From NCBI RefSeq assembly GCF_001194135.2, contig NC_068984.1, forward strand, positions 30,361,518 through 30,425,160: 63,643 nucleotides of DNA, read 5' to 3'. Both the position numbers and the translations under genes were made by a program. The notes below the pieces were generated by a model that worked only from the letters and a program-made list of their open reading frames with translations, was not told where the DNA came from and did no database searches. Shown here piece by piece: positions 27,054 through 41,372 of this stretch. Numbering within the stretch: the stretch's first letter is position 1; each line of letters begins with the position of its first letter. The DNA is from Octopus bimaculoides. Taxonomy: Eukaryota.

Positions 27054-27154
27054 NNNNNNNNNNNNNNNNNNNNNNNNNNNNNNNNNNNNNNNNNNNNNNN
27101 NNNNNNNNNNNNNNNNNNNNNNNNNNNNNNNNNNNNNNNNNNNNNNNNNNNNNN

Positions 27155-27204
<50 letters not shown>

Positions 27205-27730
27205 TATATATATATATATATGTATATGTGTGTGTATGTATGCGTATGTTTATGTATATACACACACACACATACTTGCACACATATATGCACACACACA
27301 CATGTATGTATGCATGTATGTATGTATGCATGTGTGTATGCATGTATGTATGCATGTGTATGTTTATATATACCAGAAGATGCATGAAAGATAAAGAGCA
27401 ATGGATGAGTTGTTAAAGTAATGGACTACTGAAGCAAGGAACCATGATCACAATCAACCACTGGCAGTTCCTTACATCTTTATGCTACATAAAATTGCTT
27501 GGCTTGCTTCCATTTACAAAGCTGAAAAGCAATTCCATTTCACAGTTATATCAATAGTATCAGAACGTAAATTCAACAGTAATTCAACAGCTTCAACAAT
27601 TTCTGAAGATAACTGAACAAATCCAACTGTTGAAATCCAAGCGGTCAATACAGAAAACTGGATGTACAAACATATGAATATTAAGTTATATCTCATACAG
27701 ACGTGTGTGTGTATGTCTATGTGTATGCGT

Positions 27731-27805
<75 letters not shown>

Positions 27806-27994
27806 AATATAAGTAAATATATTGTGTGAATATGTATATGTATATATATGTATATGTGTATATATATATATATATATGTGTGTATATATGTATATATATA
27901 TGTATATATATATATATGTGTATATATGTATGTGTATATATGTATACATATATATATGTGTGTATATATGTATATATATGCATATATATATGCA

Positions 27995-28097
<103 letters not shown>

Positions 28098-28859
28098 ACA
28101 TATGTATGTATATACATATATAAGTATATACATGTGTGTATATGTAAATTTGAAGCAGCATTCCACTGGTTATCAGATTAGCGTATTGACTTGATTACAT
28201 AGTTATGTTCAAACATGATGATATTACTCATTGTGTTGTGCCCTGTATATGCTACATAATTTTTGTATGTTCTAATTTGTCTTGCTAAGAAATCCATCAG
28301 GAAGTAAAAAAGGTAAAAAAAAAAAAAAAATTCCAGAAACATAAATATGTGCATATTTGCAAAATTCCTCCTATTCAAGTTAGCTTTGAAAAGTTAATTA
28401 AAAATGGATGGAAAACTACACAAAATACTTTTCACCAGCCTATTATCATCTGAAAAATCCAAAACCTCCAAAAACTACCAAAATTCTGCTACAATGAGAT
28501 TATTCATGTAATGACTTTATTATTTTTTAAGGCAATCCTACCAATAATTAGATATCAGAGTCCTTGTAAATTGTACAAGTGAATAATATTCTAAAACCAG
28601 TGTAGAGTAAGATGTAGGGCAGTTGCAGGTTTCTGTAAATATATTACATTAAAGATGATGTATTGGCAAAATTAGTTGAGTATTGGACTAAACATCTTGT
28701 ATTTTGTTATGAAATGACCTGAATTCAAATTCTTGCATTTTGTTATACAAAATACAATTTGGATCATTTTGTTATGCAATGATCTGAATTCAAATTGCAG
28801 GAAAGTTGAGTTTACATTTCATGTTTCCAGTCTTGATAATTATTTCTATTGAGAACATA

Positions 28860-29055
28860 AGGCCTCAAATTTGGAGGAAGGGATTAAGTCGATTTCACTG
28901 ACTCCAGTGCATTACTGGTACTTATTTAATCAATCCCGAAAGGATGAAAGGCAAAGTCAACCTCGACAAAATTTGAACTCAGAACGTAGCGGCAGATGAA
29001 ATACCGTTAAGCATCTCACCTGGCATGCTAACGATTCTGCCAGCTCACTGCTTTT
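28860..29055 (-). mobile_element. tRNA-derived SINE (third family)
   Basis: Minus-strand head GTGAGCTGGCAGAATCGTTAGC and B-box-like GAGTTCAAATT. Related copies lie at 21240-21355, 30775-30960, 50360-50560 and 50600-50780 (all minus), and 12380-12570 and 17810-17990 (plus). Confidence 0.8.
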
Positions 29056-29099
29056 TTACTCAACTAGCTCCTTCTTATGCTTATGATAAAAATTAGTAT

Positions 29100-29660
29100 T
29101 ATTGTCATTCTTTTAACTTAGGTTTTGTCGGAACTATTGTAGTCTTGTATGCATGGTGGGCTTGCTACCTGCTACTCATGGTACCATGCTGTCTGTTCTT
29201 TTCAACTATCCTGTATTTTCCCAATGATTCTGACCATGACAAGAAGGCAGAAGTCTTGCAACAGTCCTAATGGGCTCTCTATTCTTGTTTCCTTCTTATT
29301 CTTCTTAATCCTCAAGAACCCAACAATAATTGCCACTATCTTCACCTCCTTCATTTTTCAGTCAAGTTATCACATATTTAATGTCCACTTTTGATTTGAA
29401 TGTCTATTATTTTTTTTGGCTTTCCTTCTTAACTATTCATGGATCAAAGGGACATACAACAACAATTATAGAACATAGGTGGTTCACCTCCAACAGCACT
29501 AGATCCCACTTGTGTCCATGCACTTGGTCTGTTTGGAAAGGCAAATCCAACAGGATTTTGCATGTCTCCAACTCTGCCATGTTCTGTGGTTGGTGCTCAT
29601 ACTGTGCCTTGTATCATTTTAACCCCCACTTTTCACACAGTTTCCAGTACACCAACTTTG
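29100..29660 (-). mobile_element. R4/Dong-like LINE 3' fragment
   Basis: YWKLCEKWG...EHQPQNMAELETCKILLDLPFQTDQVHGHKWDLVLLEVNHLCSIIVVVCPFD. The 5' junction abuts (AAT)n. Confidence 0.75.
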
Positions 29661-30199
29661 CCTATTATTATTATTATTATTATTATTATTGTTGTTGTTG
29701 TGAATTTCTCTTCTTTCAATTTTGCTTCCATTTTTTTGTTGAGTATCTTCCCAACACCTAGAGCAAAGACACTGTATATATTGATATGCCATTAAAATAA
29801 ACACACCAGAGTGTTCATTTACAAAGTCTAGTTATGTGAGACAAAAAGAAAAATGGATGAAAAAAGAAAAAGAAAGCAAAAATAACTGTACATGGGTTGT
29901 AATTATTCTCACAGTGACAATGCTCTTCTCGGTATGTGTGATGTACCAACTAAAACATTCTTTTGCACTTCTTGCAAGGATGGTAAGTGTGGGGTCATTA
30001 TCAAATAACTTTCAATGACTTTTTTGATCATTCCTAGTGCTCCTATAATCACTAATATTGTAATCACCTTGAGATACCACATGCTTTTGATTTCAATGAG
30101 AAAATCCTTATATTTTCTGAGTTTGTCAATATTTTTACCAAAATATTATGATCACAAGGGATACTCACATTGATCAATAAACAGACTTTATTATTTTGG

Positions 30200-30730
30200 T
30201 CTTTTCCAGCATTTTAGTTTTGATGGTTCTGTTTGTATGCATACTGGAAATTCCTAAAGATTGTTATATTTTCTTCCTCAGCTACAGCCTTTGTGTGATG
30301 CTTACCTATCAGCCAGTTATTCATGTGCTTTTGTCCTTACCATTAATTTCACCTTCTTTGCTACAACAGTGGCCACACTTCCAACATGCTGCTCAATCTG
30401 GGTATTATGCATGAACTCACTAGCAAATTTTTTGCTCTCCTTCATGACAGAATGAAGCTTTATATGTCTTTTGTAGTTTTCAATGAGCTTTAGCATCAAG
30501 TCATTAGATGTTTCAAGATATTTGGTCAGTCCGGTTATGGTGGTTTTGTAAAAGAGTACAAACTGGATCAAGTTTCAACATTCTTGTGCCCTGGGAAGGT
30601 AAAGACAATCCATGTCTGCTTTTGTGTGGTGCATCTTATTGCAAGTCAGCAGCTTACATATTTTCCTGTCAATTTTCTTAATTCCACTGATGTTCCAGTT
30701 TAACACATCAAAGAAACAAGTAACAACTGC
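30200..30730 (-). mobile_element. R4/Dong-like LINE post-RT fragment
   Basis: VVTCFFDVLNWNISGIKKIDRKICKLLTCNKMHHTKADMDCLYLPR...YKTTITGLTKYLETSNDLMLKLI...KLHSVMKESKKF. Confidence 0.75.
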
Positions 30731-32409
30731 AACATACTTGCATGCCGAATGCCAGAGCCCTCATTTATTCTTTTCTACTCTAGGCACAAAGCCCAAAATT
30801 TTGGAGGAGGGGGCCAGTCAATCAGATCAACCCTAGTACACAACTGGTACTTAATTTATCGACCTTGGCAGAATTTGAACACAGAACGTAAAGACAGACA
30901 AAATACCGCTAATCATATTGCCCAACATGCTAATATTTTTGCCAGCTTGCTGTCTTAGAGCCCTCTGAAAGTGTTTACACTCTGTTGTACATGCACACTG
31001 ACAATGCACATTTAGCAAAGCATGCTAGCTTAATATCTTTCAAGCCTATGCATGTCCTGAGCAGTTACAGCCCATGTTTTGCTGCCATGTAGCATAGCTG
31101 TTTGCATACCAGCACCATACAATCTGCCTTTCCCTCTGAGGGAGAGGCCCTTTGTTACCAACAGAGGTAGGAGCTCTCTGAACTTCTACTAGCTTATTCA
31201 TATTCTAGTAGCTACACTATTGGAACATCCACCTCCACTACTGACTTGGTCACCTAGATAACAGAAGCTATCAACTATTTCTAGCTTTTTCCCCTGGCAT
31301 TTGATGGAGTCTATTTTCTGTACATTTTTAGAGTTTATTGTACCTGTGTACCTTCCACATGCAAAAACTATTTTTCCTGCTAACCTTTCTCTGACATTGC
31401 TACTCCTCTTGTTTTACAATATTGAGTTAAATCCTTCCTAGTTCAAAATTTCTCTCACCCAACTTAGCTGTTCACCCCTTCAGGGTTGACAAAATATGTT
31501 CCAGGGAAATAAGTATCCACATGCTAAAGCTGGAAAATGTTATTATCCCTATCCTTACTTTCCTCATCTTCCCTTTTACTCTCATCGGCATCGTCATCGT
31601 TGCCTTCCTCCTCATCTTTAAGTTTATTTTAGCTTTTCACTAGCTGTTTTAAGTAATGCATCTGAATTGCTGCTGTTTGATAACAAGCCTTCCATATTGT
31701 TTATAATCAAAGAATGTAAACTGATAATTCAAACATTTACCAAGCTTTTAACAAAAGAGTAAATATATTATAAGTAAGTTTTCTTATTCAAAACATTTGT
31801 CAAAGGAATAAGGGAAAATAATAAGAGTAACAATTAAATACAAATTTAAATATAATTGATTTTGTTGCTGTTGTTATTTTATCTGTCAAAACAAATTAGC
31901 TCAAAATAAATATCTCATCTAAACTTTCCTCAGCAAGTAATATGCATAATTATTTAATTACTATTGTTCAGTGTTTGCAGGATGATATTTTTCAAGAGAG
32001 GATGTGGAAGAAATTTGCCTATTTTTCACTGGTACCATTAACTTGAGTAAATAGTGTTTTGCTTTCTAAAAAAACGAAAACAAAAAAAAAAACATTAAAA
32101 AAAATAGTTACCTTGAATAAAAAAAAGTAAGATTACAAATGATTTATTAATTGTAAATGCATTCAATTTGCATCAAAATAAAACATAAGTATTCTTTTAT
32201 TCTTTTACTTATTTCAGTCATTTGACTGCGGCCATGCTGGTGCACCACCTTAATGGCTGTTTTTTTTAGTCAAAGAAACTGACCCCAGGACTTATTCTTT
32301 GTAAGCCTAGTACTTATTCTATCAATCTCTTTTGATGAACCACTAAATTAAGGAGATATAAACACATCAACATGGGTTGTCAAGTAATGGTAGAGGACAA
32401 ACACACACA

Positions 32410-32774
32410 TAAACACGTGTATTCCCGAGCGTCATACTAATATATACTTTTGTTATTTACACCACCTGTCCTCGTCTGTTGTTATTATTTGTATATTCTC
32501 CCACATATAATACACGCTCACGTGGTCACACCAGCTAATCCTGTCTCCTCTCATCACACACTACCAACTTTTGGATTCTACCTTCTTTCCTTCTGGATCT
32601 GGACTGTTTGATTCTGAACTTTATACCCTCCGGCTGCACCTCTCCTACCCACGGATTACACTGGACCCATCTTCTGATTGGAAATCGCTTCAATATACCA
32701 CGACGTCTAAAAAACTTTTGAACTTTTCCACTTTTGTAAACCTCCTTTATCATCCTTTTTTACCTTACTTTCCT
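32410..32774 (+). mobile_element. Penelope-like fragment nested between the tail (32200-32410) and head (33050-33210) of a minus-strand SINE
   Basis: Shares about 60 bp with 18405-18465, is pyrimidine-rich and runs into a gap. The family label is an inference. Confidence 0.4.
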
Positions 32775-33239
32775 NNNNNNNNNNNNNNNNNNNNNNNNNN
32801 NNNNNNNNNNNNNNNNNNNNNNNNNNNNNNNNNNNNNNNNNNNNNNNNNNNNNNNNNNNNNNNNNNNNNNNNNNNNNNNNNNNNNNNNNNNNNNNNNNNN
32901 NNNNNNNNNNNNNNNNNNNNNNNNNNNNNNNNNNNNNNNNNNNNNNNNNNNNNNNNNNNNNNNNNNNNNNNNNNNNNNNNNNNNNNNNNNNNNNNNNNNN
33001 NNNNNNNNNNNNNNNNNNNNNNNNNNNNNNTATATATATATATATATATATATGGCAGGCTTCTTTTAGTTTCGGTATATCAAATCCACCCACAAGACTT
33101 TGGTCAGCCTGAGGCTATAGTAGAAGACACTTCCTCAAGGTGCCATGGAGTGAGACTGAAGCCACAGGCCATGTGGTTTGGAAGCAAGCTTCTTACCACA
33201 CACACCTGTGCATAGTATATGTATGTAATTTACATAAAA

Positions 33240-33590
33240 ATGAACCTGGTGCAGACATTCCTCACTGTGTCCCTGGGGAGATCTTTAAGCACCTCCTTGA
33301 TCTTGGCCACCAGCTTGGCTTCGATGTTACAGGTAGAGTGGTTGATGTCTTTCTAAACCATGCCCCAAACATAACTGTGCATGGGATTACAATGAAGGAA
33401 CCAGGAAGCCTTAAATTGGAGCTTGGAAAATCATAGGAATTCTCTGACAACCACATCCAACTATTTCTAGAGGTAAGGCAAGGAGCTGAATCCTGCTGCA
33501 ACCCATTCTGACCAAGGTTTGACAACAATCTCCAGCTGCTTCACCAAGCTGAGCTTAAGGCCCTGTTCAAAGATGTACGCAATAATCCTG
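33240..33590 (-). mobile_element. maT/DD37D-like transposase C-terminal relic
   Basis: ORF 33262-33528 LQQDSAPCLTSRNSWMWLSENSYDF matches the QQDxAPxH...WLxxN...WPPxSPDLNP region. Upstream reads IFEQGLKL. Confidence 0.75.
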
Positions 33591-34429
33591 ACATGTTAAC
33601 CCAGTCAGAACTCCTGTTGTGTCCTTTCCTACTGGTCATGGCTTTTTAGACTACGTTGCAGCTGTCCATGTCTTACAACCTTCACAGCGTTCACAGAGCA
33701 TTGAGCAACATTCATGATATTGGAATTCTTTTATATCCAACTCGATTCATCATAATACAAGTAAATCTTTTCCATTATTTAAATGGCTTCCAGTCATTCA
33801 TGTCAGTTAGCTTTTTCTCAACTACAGTGTTAATATTTATGCTCTCCAATACCATTGACTGTTCACCAATACATCAAGCTGTTTCTGACAAAAGAGACAT
33901 GAACAATCATCAAATTTAGCCACAAGCTCTTGTGTGTGTGTGTGTGTGCACATCATCAAAAACAACATCATCTTCGTTGTCATTTTATATTTGTATGCTG
34001 GTATGGACAGGACATGCTGTAATGGTTGAAGACAGATGAAAGAACCATGTTTAGCTCTATGCTTCACATCGTCGTAGTTTCTACAGCTGAATATTGGTAG
34101 CACTATGCTGTTTATTATTTATTGAGGCACACCAAAAAAATCATGAAGTCAGATTGTGAAGAAAATATGTGAATTGTTTATGCTGTGGTTATGAGTTCAC
34201 GTTCTGGTAACAAGACATCACAGATTACACTAAACTGGCCTTAAAAAAAGGAGGTGGGGGAAGATTTTAGCAGATGTCACATCACTACGAGAGAAACAAT
34301 AAGACATATTGAAGGCCTTAAACTCAAACAACCTTTCTCACAAATATGCACTCAAATATGAATGCTGACCTGTTATTTGCAGTATCATGTACTTGCTGCC
34401 ACTTTACCACGACCATTACAACCACCACC

Positions 34430-34590
34430 ACCACGCCCTTCATCATCGTCGTCGTCATCATCATCATCATCTTCATCATCATCGTCATCATCGGCGTCAT
34501 CATCATCATCATCATTGTCATATTTGTGTCATCATCATCATTTTTATTGATGCCATCATCAGCTTCAGCATCATCATCGTTGTTGTAATC
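34430..34590. repeat. Imperfect (CAT/CGT)n trinucleotide tract
   Basis: Directly visible. It generates the poly-His, poly-Ser and poly-Ile ORFs. Confidence 0.95.
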
Positions 34591-34814
34591 CACATTGTCA
34601 CCATCAGCATCTTGCTTTTTGACTCGCTTCCTACATCTCTACGGCATTAGACATATTTGGTCATCTCCAACTCTCACATCGTCAGCTTTATAGATAAAAT
34701 GAATCATTTGAATATTTCATAAATACTAAAATGTTATTGAATGTGTTATACAATAAGCTACAGACATACAAGCTACAATCACCATCTGTGTTTATTAGAT
34801 GCATCTGGCAGTTT

Positions 34815-35155
34815 GTTGTGCTTAAGAAGATGCCAGGCTAAGTAAAAGGGTGGTTGTCCTTGCATGCAGGCTTGTCCTCTGCATCCTTTTCCAACTGAGT
34901 ATTCCTAATCTTGTGGGCTTGTGGGTACTGGTGCCACATATAAAGCACCTGTACTGGTGCCACATAAATGCAGCCAAACTGGTGCTGCATAAGAGTACCC
35001 AGTACATTCTCTAAAGTGGTTGGTGTTTGGAAGAGCATCCAGCCATAAAAACCATACCAAAACAAACAGAGCCTGGGCAGCTCTTCAGCTGGCCAGCTCC
35101 TGTCAAACCCATGCCAGCATGGAAAACAGACATTAAATGATGACGACGATGATGA
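34815..35155 (+). mobile_element. RTE-3'-end-type repeat
   Basis: Homologous to 22760-23095, with a (GAT/GAC)n tail. Confidence 0.8.
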
Positions 35156-35184
35156 CTTTTAGAAGGCTTAATGCTTTTTATTCT

Positions 35185-35620
35185 TTTATCTTTTGCCTGT
35201 GTCAGCCATTTGATTGTGACCGTACTGGGGCATCAACTTGAAGGCTCTTTAGTTTAAGAAATCAACCCCAGAACTTATTATTATTTAAAGCCTGTTTTTA
35301 TTCTATTGGTATCTTTTGCTGAACTGCTAAGTTACATAGACATAAACACACCAACAGCTGGTTCTCAAACAGTGGTAGGGGACAAACACAGACTCAAAAA
35401 TACACACACATAGATACATATATATATAAATATATTTCTATATACACACATATATATATGACAGACTTCTTTCAGTTTCTGTCTACAAAACCCACTCACA
35501 CGGTATTAGTTGGCCCAAGGCTAAAGTTGAAGACACTTGCCCAAGATGCCACACAGTAGGACTGAACCCAGAACCATGTGGTTGAGAAGCAAACTTTTTA
35601 CCACACTGCCATGCCTGCAC
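35185..35620 (-). mobile_element. Composite SINE: head, internal AT/CA tract and tail
   Basis: Head at 35455-35620 and tail at 35185-35400 have the same arrangement as 56700-57110. Confidence 0.8.
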
Positions 35621-38600
35621 TTAATGTTGTGGAATTGTCTGAGATAAAATCTTTCCCCATATATATATATATANNNNNNNNNNNNNNNNNNNNNNNNNNN
35701 NNNNNNNNNNNNNNNNNNNNNNNNNNNNNNNNNNNNNNNNNNNNNNNNNNNNNNNNNNNNNNNNNNNNNNNNNNNNNNNNNNNNNNNNNNNNNNNNNNNN
35801 NNNNNNNNNNNNNNNNNNNNNNNNNNNNNNNNNNNNNNNNNNNNNNNNNNNNNNNNNNNNNNNNNNNNNNNNNNNNNNNNNNNNNNNNNNNNNNNNNNNN
35901 NNNNNNNNNNNNNNNNNNNNNNNNNNNNNNNNNNNNNNNNNNNNNNNNNNNNNNNNNNNNNNNNNNNNNNNNNNNNNNNNNNNNNNNNNNNNNNNNNNNN
36001 NNNNNNNNNNNNNNNNNNNNNNNNNNNNNNNNNNNNNNNNNNNNNNNNNNNNNNNNNNNNNNNNNNNNNNNNNNNNNNNNNNNNNNNNNNNNNNNNNNNN
36101 NNNNNNNNNNNNNNNNNNNNNNNNNNNNNNNNNNNNNNNNNNNNNNNNNNNNNNNNNNNNNNNNNNNNNNNNNNNNNNNNNNNNNNNNNNNNNNNNNNNN
36201 NNNNNNNNNNNNNNNNNNNNNNNNNNNNNNNNNNNNNNNNNNNNNNNNNNNNNNNNNNNNNNNNNNNNNNNNNNNNNNNNNNNNNNNNNNNNNNNNNNNN
36301 NNNNNNNNNNNNNNNNNNNNNNNNNNNNNNNNNNNNNNNNNNNNNNNNNNNNNNNNNNNNNNNNNNNNNNNNNNNNNNNNNNNNNNNNNNNNNNNNNNNN
36401 NNNNNNNNNNNNNNNNNNNNNNNNNATTTTTTTTTTTTTTTTTGATTTAAACACTATAAAAATGGGTTCTTGAGGATTATTGATTTTTTTTCAAAATGGG
36501 TCAAAGAGAATATATTGATTTTCGAAATTGGATTGTGATGGGGAAAAGTTAAAGAATCACAGATCTAAAGATACTGATTTAGTTTTGTCTTCTTTTCTTA
36601 TTTTGTTAAACACAGTTACAATGATGACTTTTCATATTAGTCCAAGGTTATGAATTTGTGGTAAACACTGCATTTCTCCTGGTTTTAGAATAGGTACATT
36701 ATTTTCTTCCATATTGAAAGAAGTTACTAGAATAGATGGCACGAGGAAGGCCATTGAATTTGAAAACACTGCCTCAAAAAAGCTACTGAGCCCATGCTAG
36801 ATGTTGATGATAGTGATAATGATGCAAATTGTGGTAGAAGGATATAGTAAATTAATTGACCAAAGTATTTGTCTGTTTTTTTTTACCTTATTAATTTGCA
36901 TGTGGCTTAGTGATCAGGGTATTCAACTCATGATTGTAAGGTCATGAGTTCAATTCCAGGTGATACGTTGTATCCTTGAGCAAGACACTTATTTCATGTT
37001 GCTCAGCTGGCAAAAATGAGTAGTAGCTGTATTTCAAAGGGCCAGCCTTGTCCCATTCTGTGTCATACTGAATCTCACCGAAGACTATGTTAAAGTACAC
37101 ATGTTTGTGGAGTGCTCAGTCACTTACATGTTAATTTCATGAGCAGGCTATTCCAGTGTTTGGATCATAACTGATGAAATGCCAGTTTTATTTGAGTACA
37201 GTGCAATCTCAAATGTAATACAAATCCTACATTTTGTTCCTAAAAGTCAATAAAATTTTATTCCCTTACCTTATTTTTACATCTATGCATAATTCTGCAC
37301 GTCAATTAACTCATTTTTTTTTTATTTATTTATTTATTATTATTATTATTTTTTTTTTTTGGTTAGTGCTAAGAAAAGGAAAAACATCCAACTATAGAAT
37401 CTATGCCAAAAACTGGGATGTATGAGGAATATGTGGTCCTCCAATGCTGCTAGGTGGGCATTAACTCTAAATAAGAACCAACTCAAACCATGAACACTCA
37501 TCCAGTCTATGTCAGAATTAAAAGATTAAAATGATGATGATGTTTTGTACTAAATTTGCAGTACATATGGTAAACCAGTAGCCTCAGTGGGGTTTAAACA
37601 CCCAATATAAAGGTACAGAACTAAAGGTACTCTCAACCAATCTGGATATAATACTATTATAAATCTATTGTAATATGGTAAACCTTAAACTTTTGATTAT
37701 GGAATAAATTGCTTAAGATTATATTGTGAAACAGTAACTGAATTAGTTTTAGTAATCAAATAATTACCTAAATGGATCTATTGTAATTTTTCCTCTCTGA
37801 TATATGTTTGTACTTGTTTAGTTTGACTTTGAAAATAATTTGCCAGCTTGTTAATTCAACAAATATAAAATATATGAGTTCTCATGCCTGTTTGAAGAAT
37901 TACTCTAATAGAATAACATTCCTGATGCTCGTGAATTTGGCTTAATTCCATGGTTGGTGTCATTTTAGCAAAGCGAACAATATTGTCTTTTATTGTAATG
38001 GATTAATCTGTAAATGAACTCATGTTTGCATTCCTAGGGAATCAATTTGAAAGTATTTGGGCTAATACAAATGACTTCATACCTAATAATGAATCACAAC
38101 AAACTGGTGGTAGTCACAGCGACGATGAGGATGATGATGACGATGATGATGATGATAACATTGGTGTTATGAGGTGAGCGAAAAAGGATGATAGTGTAAA
38201 ATGCTTTGGAGTGAAAGAGATAGAGAGAAAGAAAGAGAGAAAATGATTAAACATTCCAGCAGTTACTTTTTGTAAATTGATTTTGTTAATACATTTTTTT
38301 TTTGATGTTATCATCGTTCTTGTAGTTTTGTAGTGAGAGTCAGCTTTGATCTGGTGGAGGGCAACAATTTGTACATTTAGAGATGATGAGTTGTGTTAAT
38401 CTGGCCTGGTATGTTGGATTGACTGGTAATATTAATTGACGTGTAGCTATTTTTCCAACGAAAGTTGATGGAAGAAAGTAACAGCTAAATATTGGAGTCA
38501 ATATAATTGGATGGGAGATCCACCTCACAAATTTATGATCTTGCACTTGTTTGAATTTCAGACTAGTTTTAAATCAACTTTTTTAATGTAGCATAAATTG

Positions 38601-39059
38601 GACTATATTCAAAATATTTCATAACTGCAAACATGTTTATGAAAGTTCTATACATGTCAGTCAGGGGTAAATGAATTAGGACATTTGTCAGCAGGAGCAT
38701 ATCTGTTAAAACACTGAATTTGACCTAAGTACATGTGCAATTTCTTGGGGTGTCAATACTGGAGTGATACATCACTAAATTCTGTTTCCCACTTGCATAT
38801 ATAACTGGCACTCTGTTGGTTACAGCAACATGGGTTCCAGTTAATATGATCAATAGAACAGCCAGCTTGTGAAATTAACATGCAAGTGGCTGAGTACTCC
38901 ACAAACACATGCACCTTTAACATAGTTCTCAGGGACATTCAGCATGACACAATGTGAAAAGGTTAACCTTTGAAACACAGCTACTACTCATTTTTGCCAA
39001 CTGAATGGATTGGAGCAAAGTGAAATAAAGTGTCTTGCTCAAGGACTCAATGTGTTGCC

Positions 39060-39265
39060 ATTACCACCTGAATGGCCCTCATGCTGGTGGCACGTAAAAG
39101 CACCCAGTAGACTCTCGGAGTGGTTGGTATTAGAAAGGGCATCCAGCTGTAGAAACTTTGCCAGATCAGATTGGAGCCTGGAGCAGCCTTCTGGCTCGCC
39201 AGTCCTCAGTCAAACCATCCAAACCCATGCCAGCATGGAAAGTGGACGTTAAACGATGATGATGA
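39060..39265 (+). mobile_element. RTE-3'-end-type repeat
   Basis: GGTGGCACGTAAAAGCACCC...CCATGCCAGCATGGAAAGTGGACGTTAAACGATGATG. Confidence 0.85.
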
Positions 39266-40196
39266 TATGTGTGTGTGTGTGTTTATTATATATACACACA
39301 CCCACATTCACACATACATACATACATACATACATCAAATTTCAATGTTGTTCAATTTTCACTTTTTTTGTTTGCTTTTTTCATTTTTACCTGTTCTTTT
39401 ATGTTTTATAACAACCTCAGGTGTATGTATACCTAACAGCATTAGCAAACTAGATTACATAGTGTACAGTAAAAAGCATGAATTGAAGATCGGGTATTGG
39501 TGAGTACATGCATCTTTATAAAATCTACATCTATTGTAATGCAGCATGGATTATTTGTAATTACCATTATATTGAGAAATGGTAACTTCATATTGTGACT
39601 TTAGAAGACTTATCGAGGGCATATGGATAAAGATACCTTGATGATTGTTTTCAAATTTAGTGTCAACCACCCTTCTGAATAAGTCACATTCACCTTTGAA
39701 ATCCATAAAGAAGATGAATATTGCAAAATTGCCATTCTTTAGTATAATTGTAATTAAAAAATAGTATCAACATTACAATGAATATCCATCGTAAAAACAG
39801 ATAGCCTGATTTTAAGTTCAGCTGCTGATGTCTATCTAGCACTTACAAAACATTATGTATCATACTGTCTAGACAGGAAAAATTTCTACTGTTGTTGATG
39901 ATGTAGATACCAGAGACAAATGACTCCTGGAACTCAAGGGATTTCTACTCAAACAAAAATATCAAAACTCTCAACTCCTGTTTAGAAAATGGTGCAAAAC
40001 AGGCAAAGCAAATGCCTATAAAACAACTTAGAGCAACTCAAGAATGGAGACTGCAAGTCATTTGTTCAAATTTCATCAACAAAATAAGTAGATCAACACT
40101 TCCAAAGTTAGTTCCAAAGAAAATTCTTTTATTTGACAGCACGTTAGAGTTAATGACTGGAAGAGCATATGGCTATAAAAGAATGCTTTAATAATA

Positions 40197-41372
40197 CTAG
40201 GGTCAGTTGAAAAGTTCATAGGCTGACCAAGATACTCTCATGGAATATGACAAATGAGGTTTATTTTTCAACACAATCTCCCTTGCAGTTCATGGATTCT
40301 ATTGGTGAGGAAGCTTTCATCCTGTTGATCAAAAATGTCATCAACAGAAGATATGATGACATAATCACTAAAAAACTGCTTCCTAGCCAAGTGTTTTTAC
40401 ACGTGGGGAAGACATGATAGTCAGATGGGGTCAAACCTGAAGAATATGGAGAGTGATCAACTAGTTCAAAGCCACAGTCATGCACAACAGCCATTGAAAC
40501 AAAGGAGTAGTGTGCTGGAGCATTGACTGATGAAACAAGACCCTTCTCGTCAGTTTTCCTGGATGTCTGGTCTTGATAGCCCTTCGTAACATCCTCAGCA
40601 AGTTGTCATAGTACTCTCTCCATTGAGGGTGTGGCCCTTTTGAAGATAGTCAATAGATACAATGCTTTTTGCATCCCCAAATACTGTGACCGTCACTTTC
40701 CCTGTGGACAAAATGACCTTCGCTTTCTTTGAAGCTAGGTGAGCACTGATGTTTCCATTTCATGGATTGTCTCTTTATCTCTTGTTCGAAGTAATGAACC
40801 CAATACTCATCATGGCTTAGGAAACATTCAAGGGAACCAGCTAGATCTGTCTCAAACAATGTCAGATTTTACCTATGATGTGATCAGTCTGGCATGCATT
40901 TGATCAGGTAACGGAAGATGTGGCACCCACTGAGCAGAAACTTTTGTGATGCCAAGTTTATTACTGTGCAGAATATTCTTAACTCTCTTATGGTATATGC
41001 TAAGAGTGGCAGTTGCAGGACGTCCAGATCCTTAGCCATCTTCAAGACCCTCTTTTACCTTTTAAATTTAGCCTGCCACTTTTACACTGTTGATAAAACT
41101 GGAGCATCATCTTCTGACATGGCAATCATGCCACCGTGAATGTTGTTGAGGCTAAACCTTTTTCCTGCAGGTTCTTGATAATACCACATTGCCAAATTTT
41201 GTCCATTTTCACTACTAGTTACTTTTGAAATTTTCTTTCAACAGTCAGATATCAAATTATTGGGAAAGAGACAACGCAGTTATTAATAAAAAGAGTTTAA
41301 AGTAATGTATGCAAGTTTTCACAGCTCCAGCATCACTCCTTCATAGTTAGCCTATGAACGTTTCAGCCCTCA
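40197..41372 (-). mobile_element. Near-full-length mariner (DD34D-type) transposon with pseudogenised transposase
   Basis: Imperfect TIRs CTAGGGTCAGTTGAAAAGTTCATAGGCTGAC and (reverse complement) TGAGGGCTGAAACGTTCATAGGCTAAC, both flanked by TA. Translation gives LSHDEYWVHYFEQEIKRQSMKW and GFELVDHSPYSSGLTPSDYHVFP (YSPDLAP motif). Confidence 0.92.

Noticed and set aside
29915-29982. Exon-like segment DNALLGMCDVPTKTFFCTSCKD with GTAAGT donor
   Set aside because: It sits between two minus-strand R4/Dong fragments, and its reverse strand resembles the knuckle region of that LINE, so it is probably the same relic.
39847-39977. Minus-strand splice-flanked 131 bp with one in-frame TAG (editing read-through idea)
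   Set aside because: There is no homology or partner exon, and such patterns arise by chance in 60 kb.
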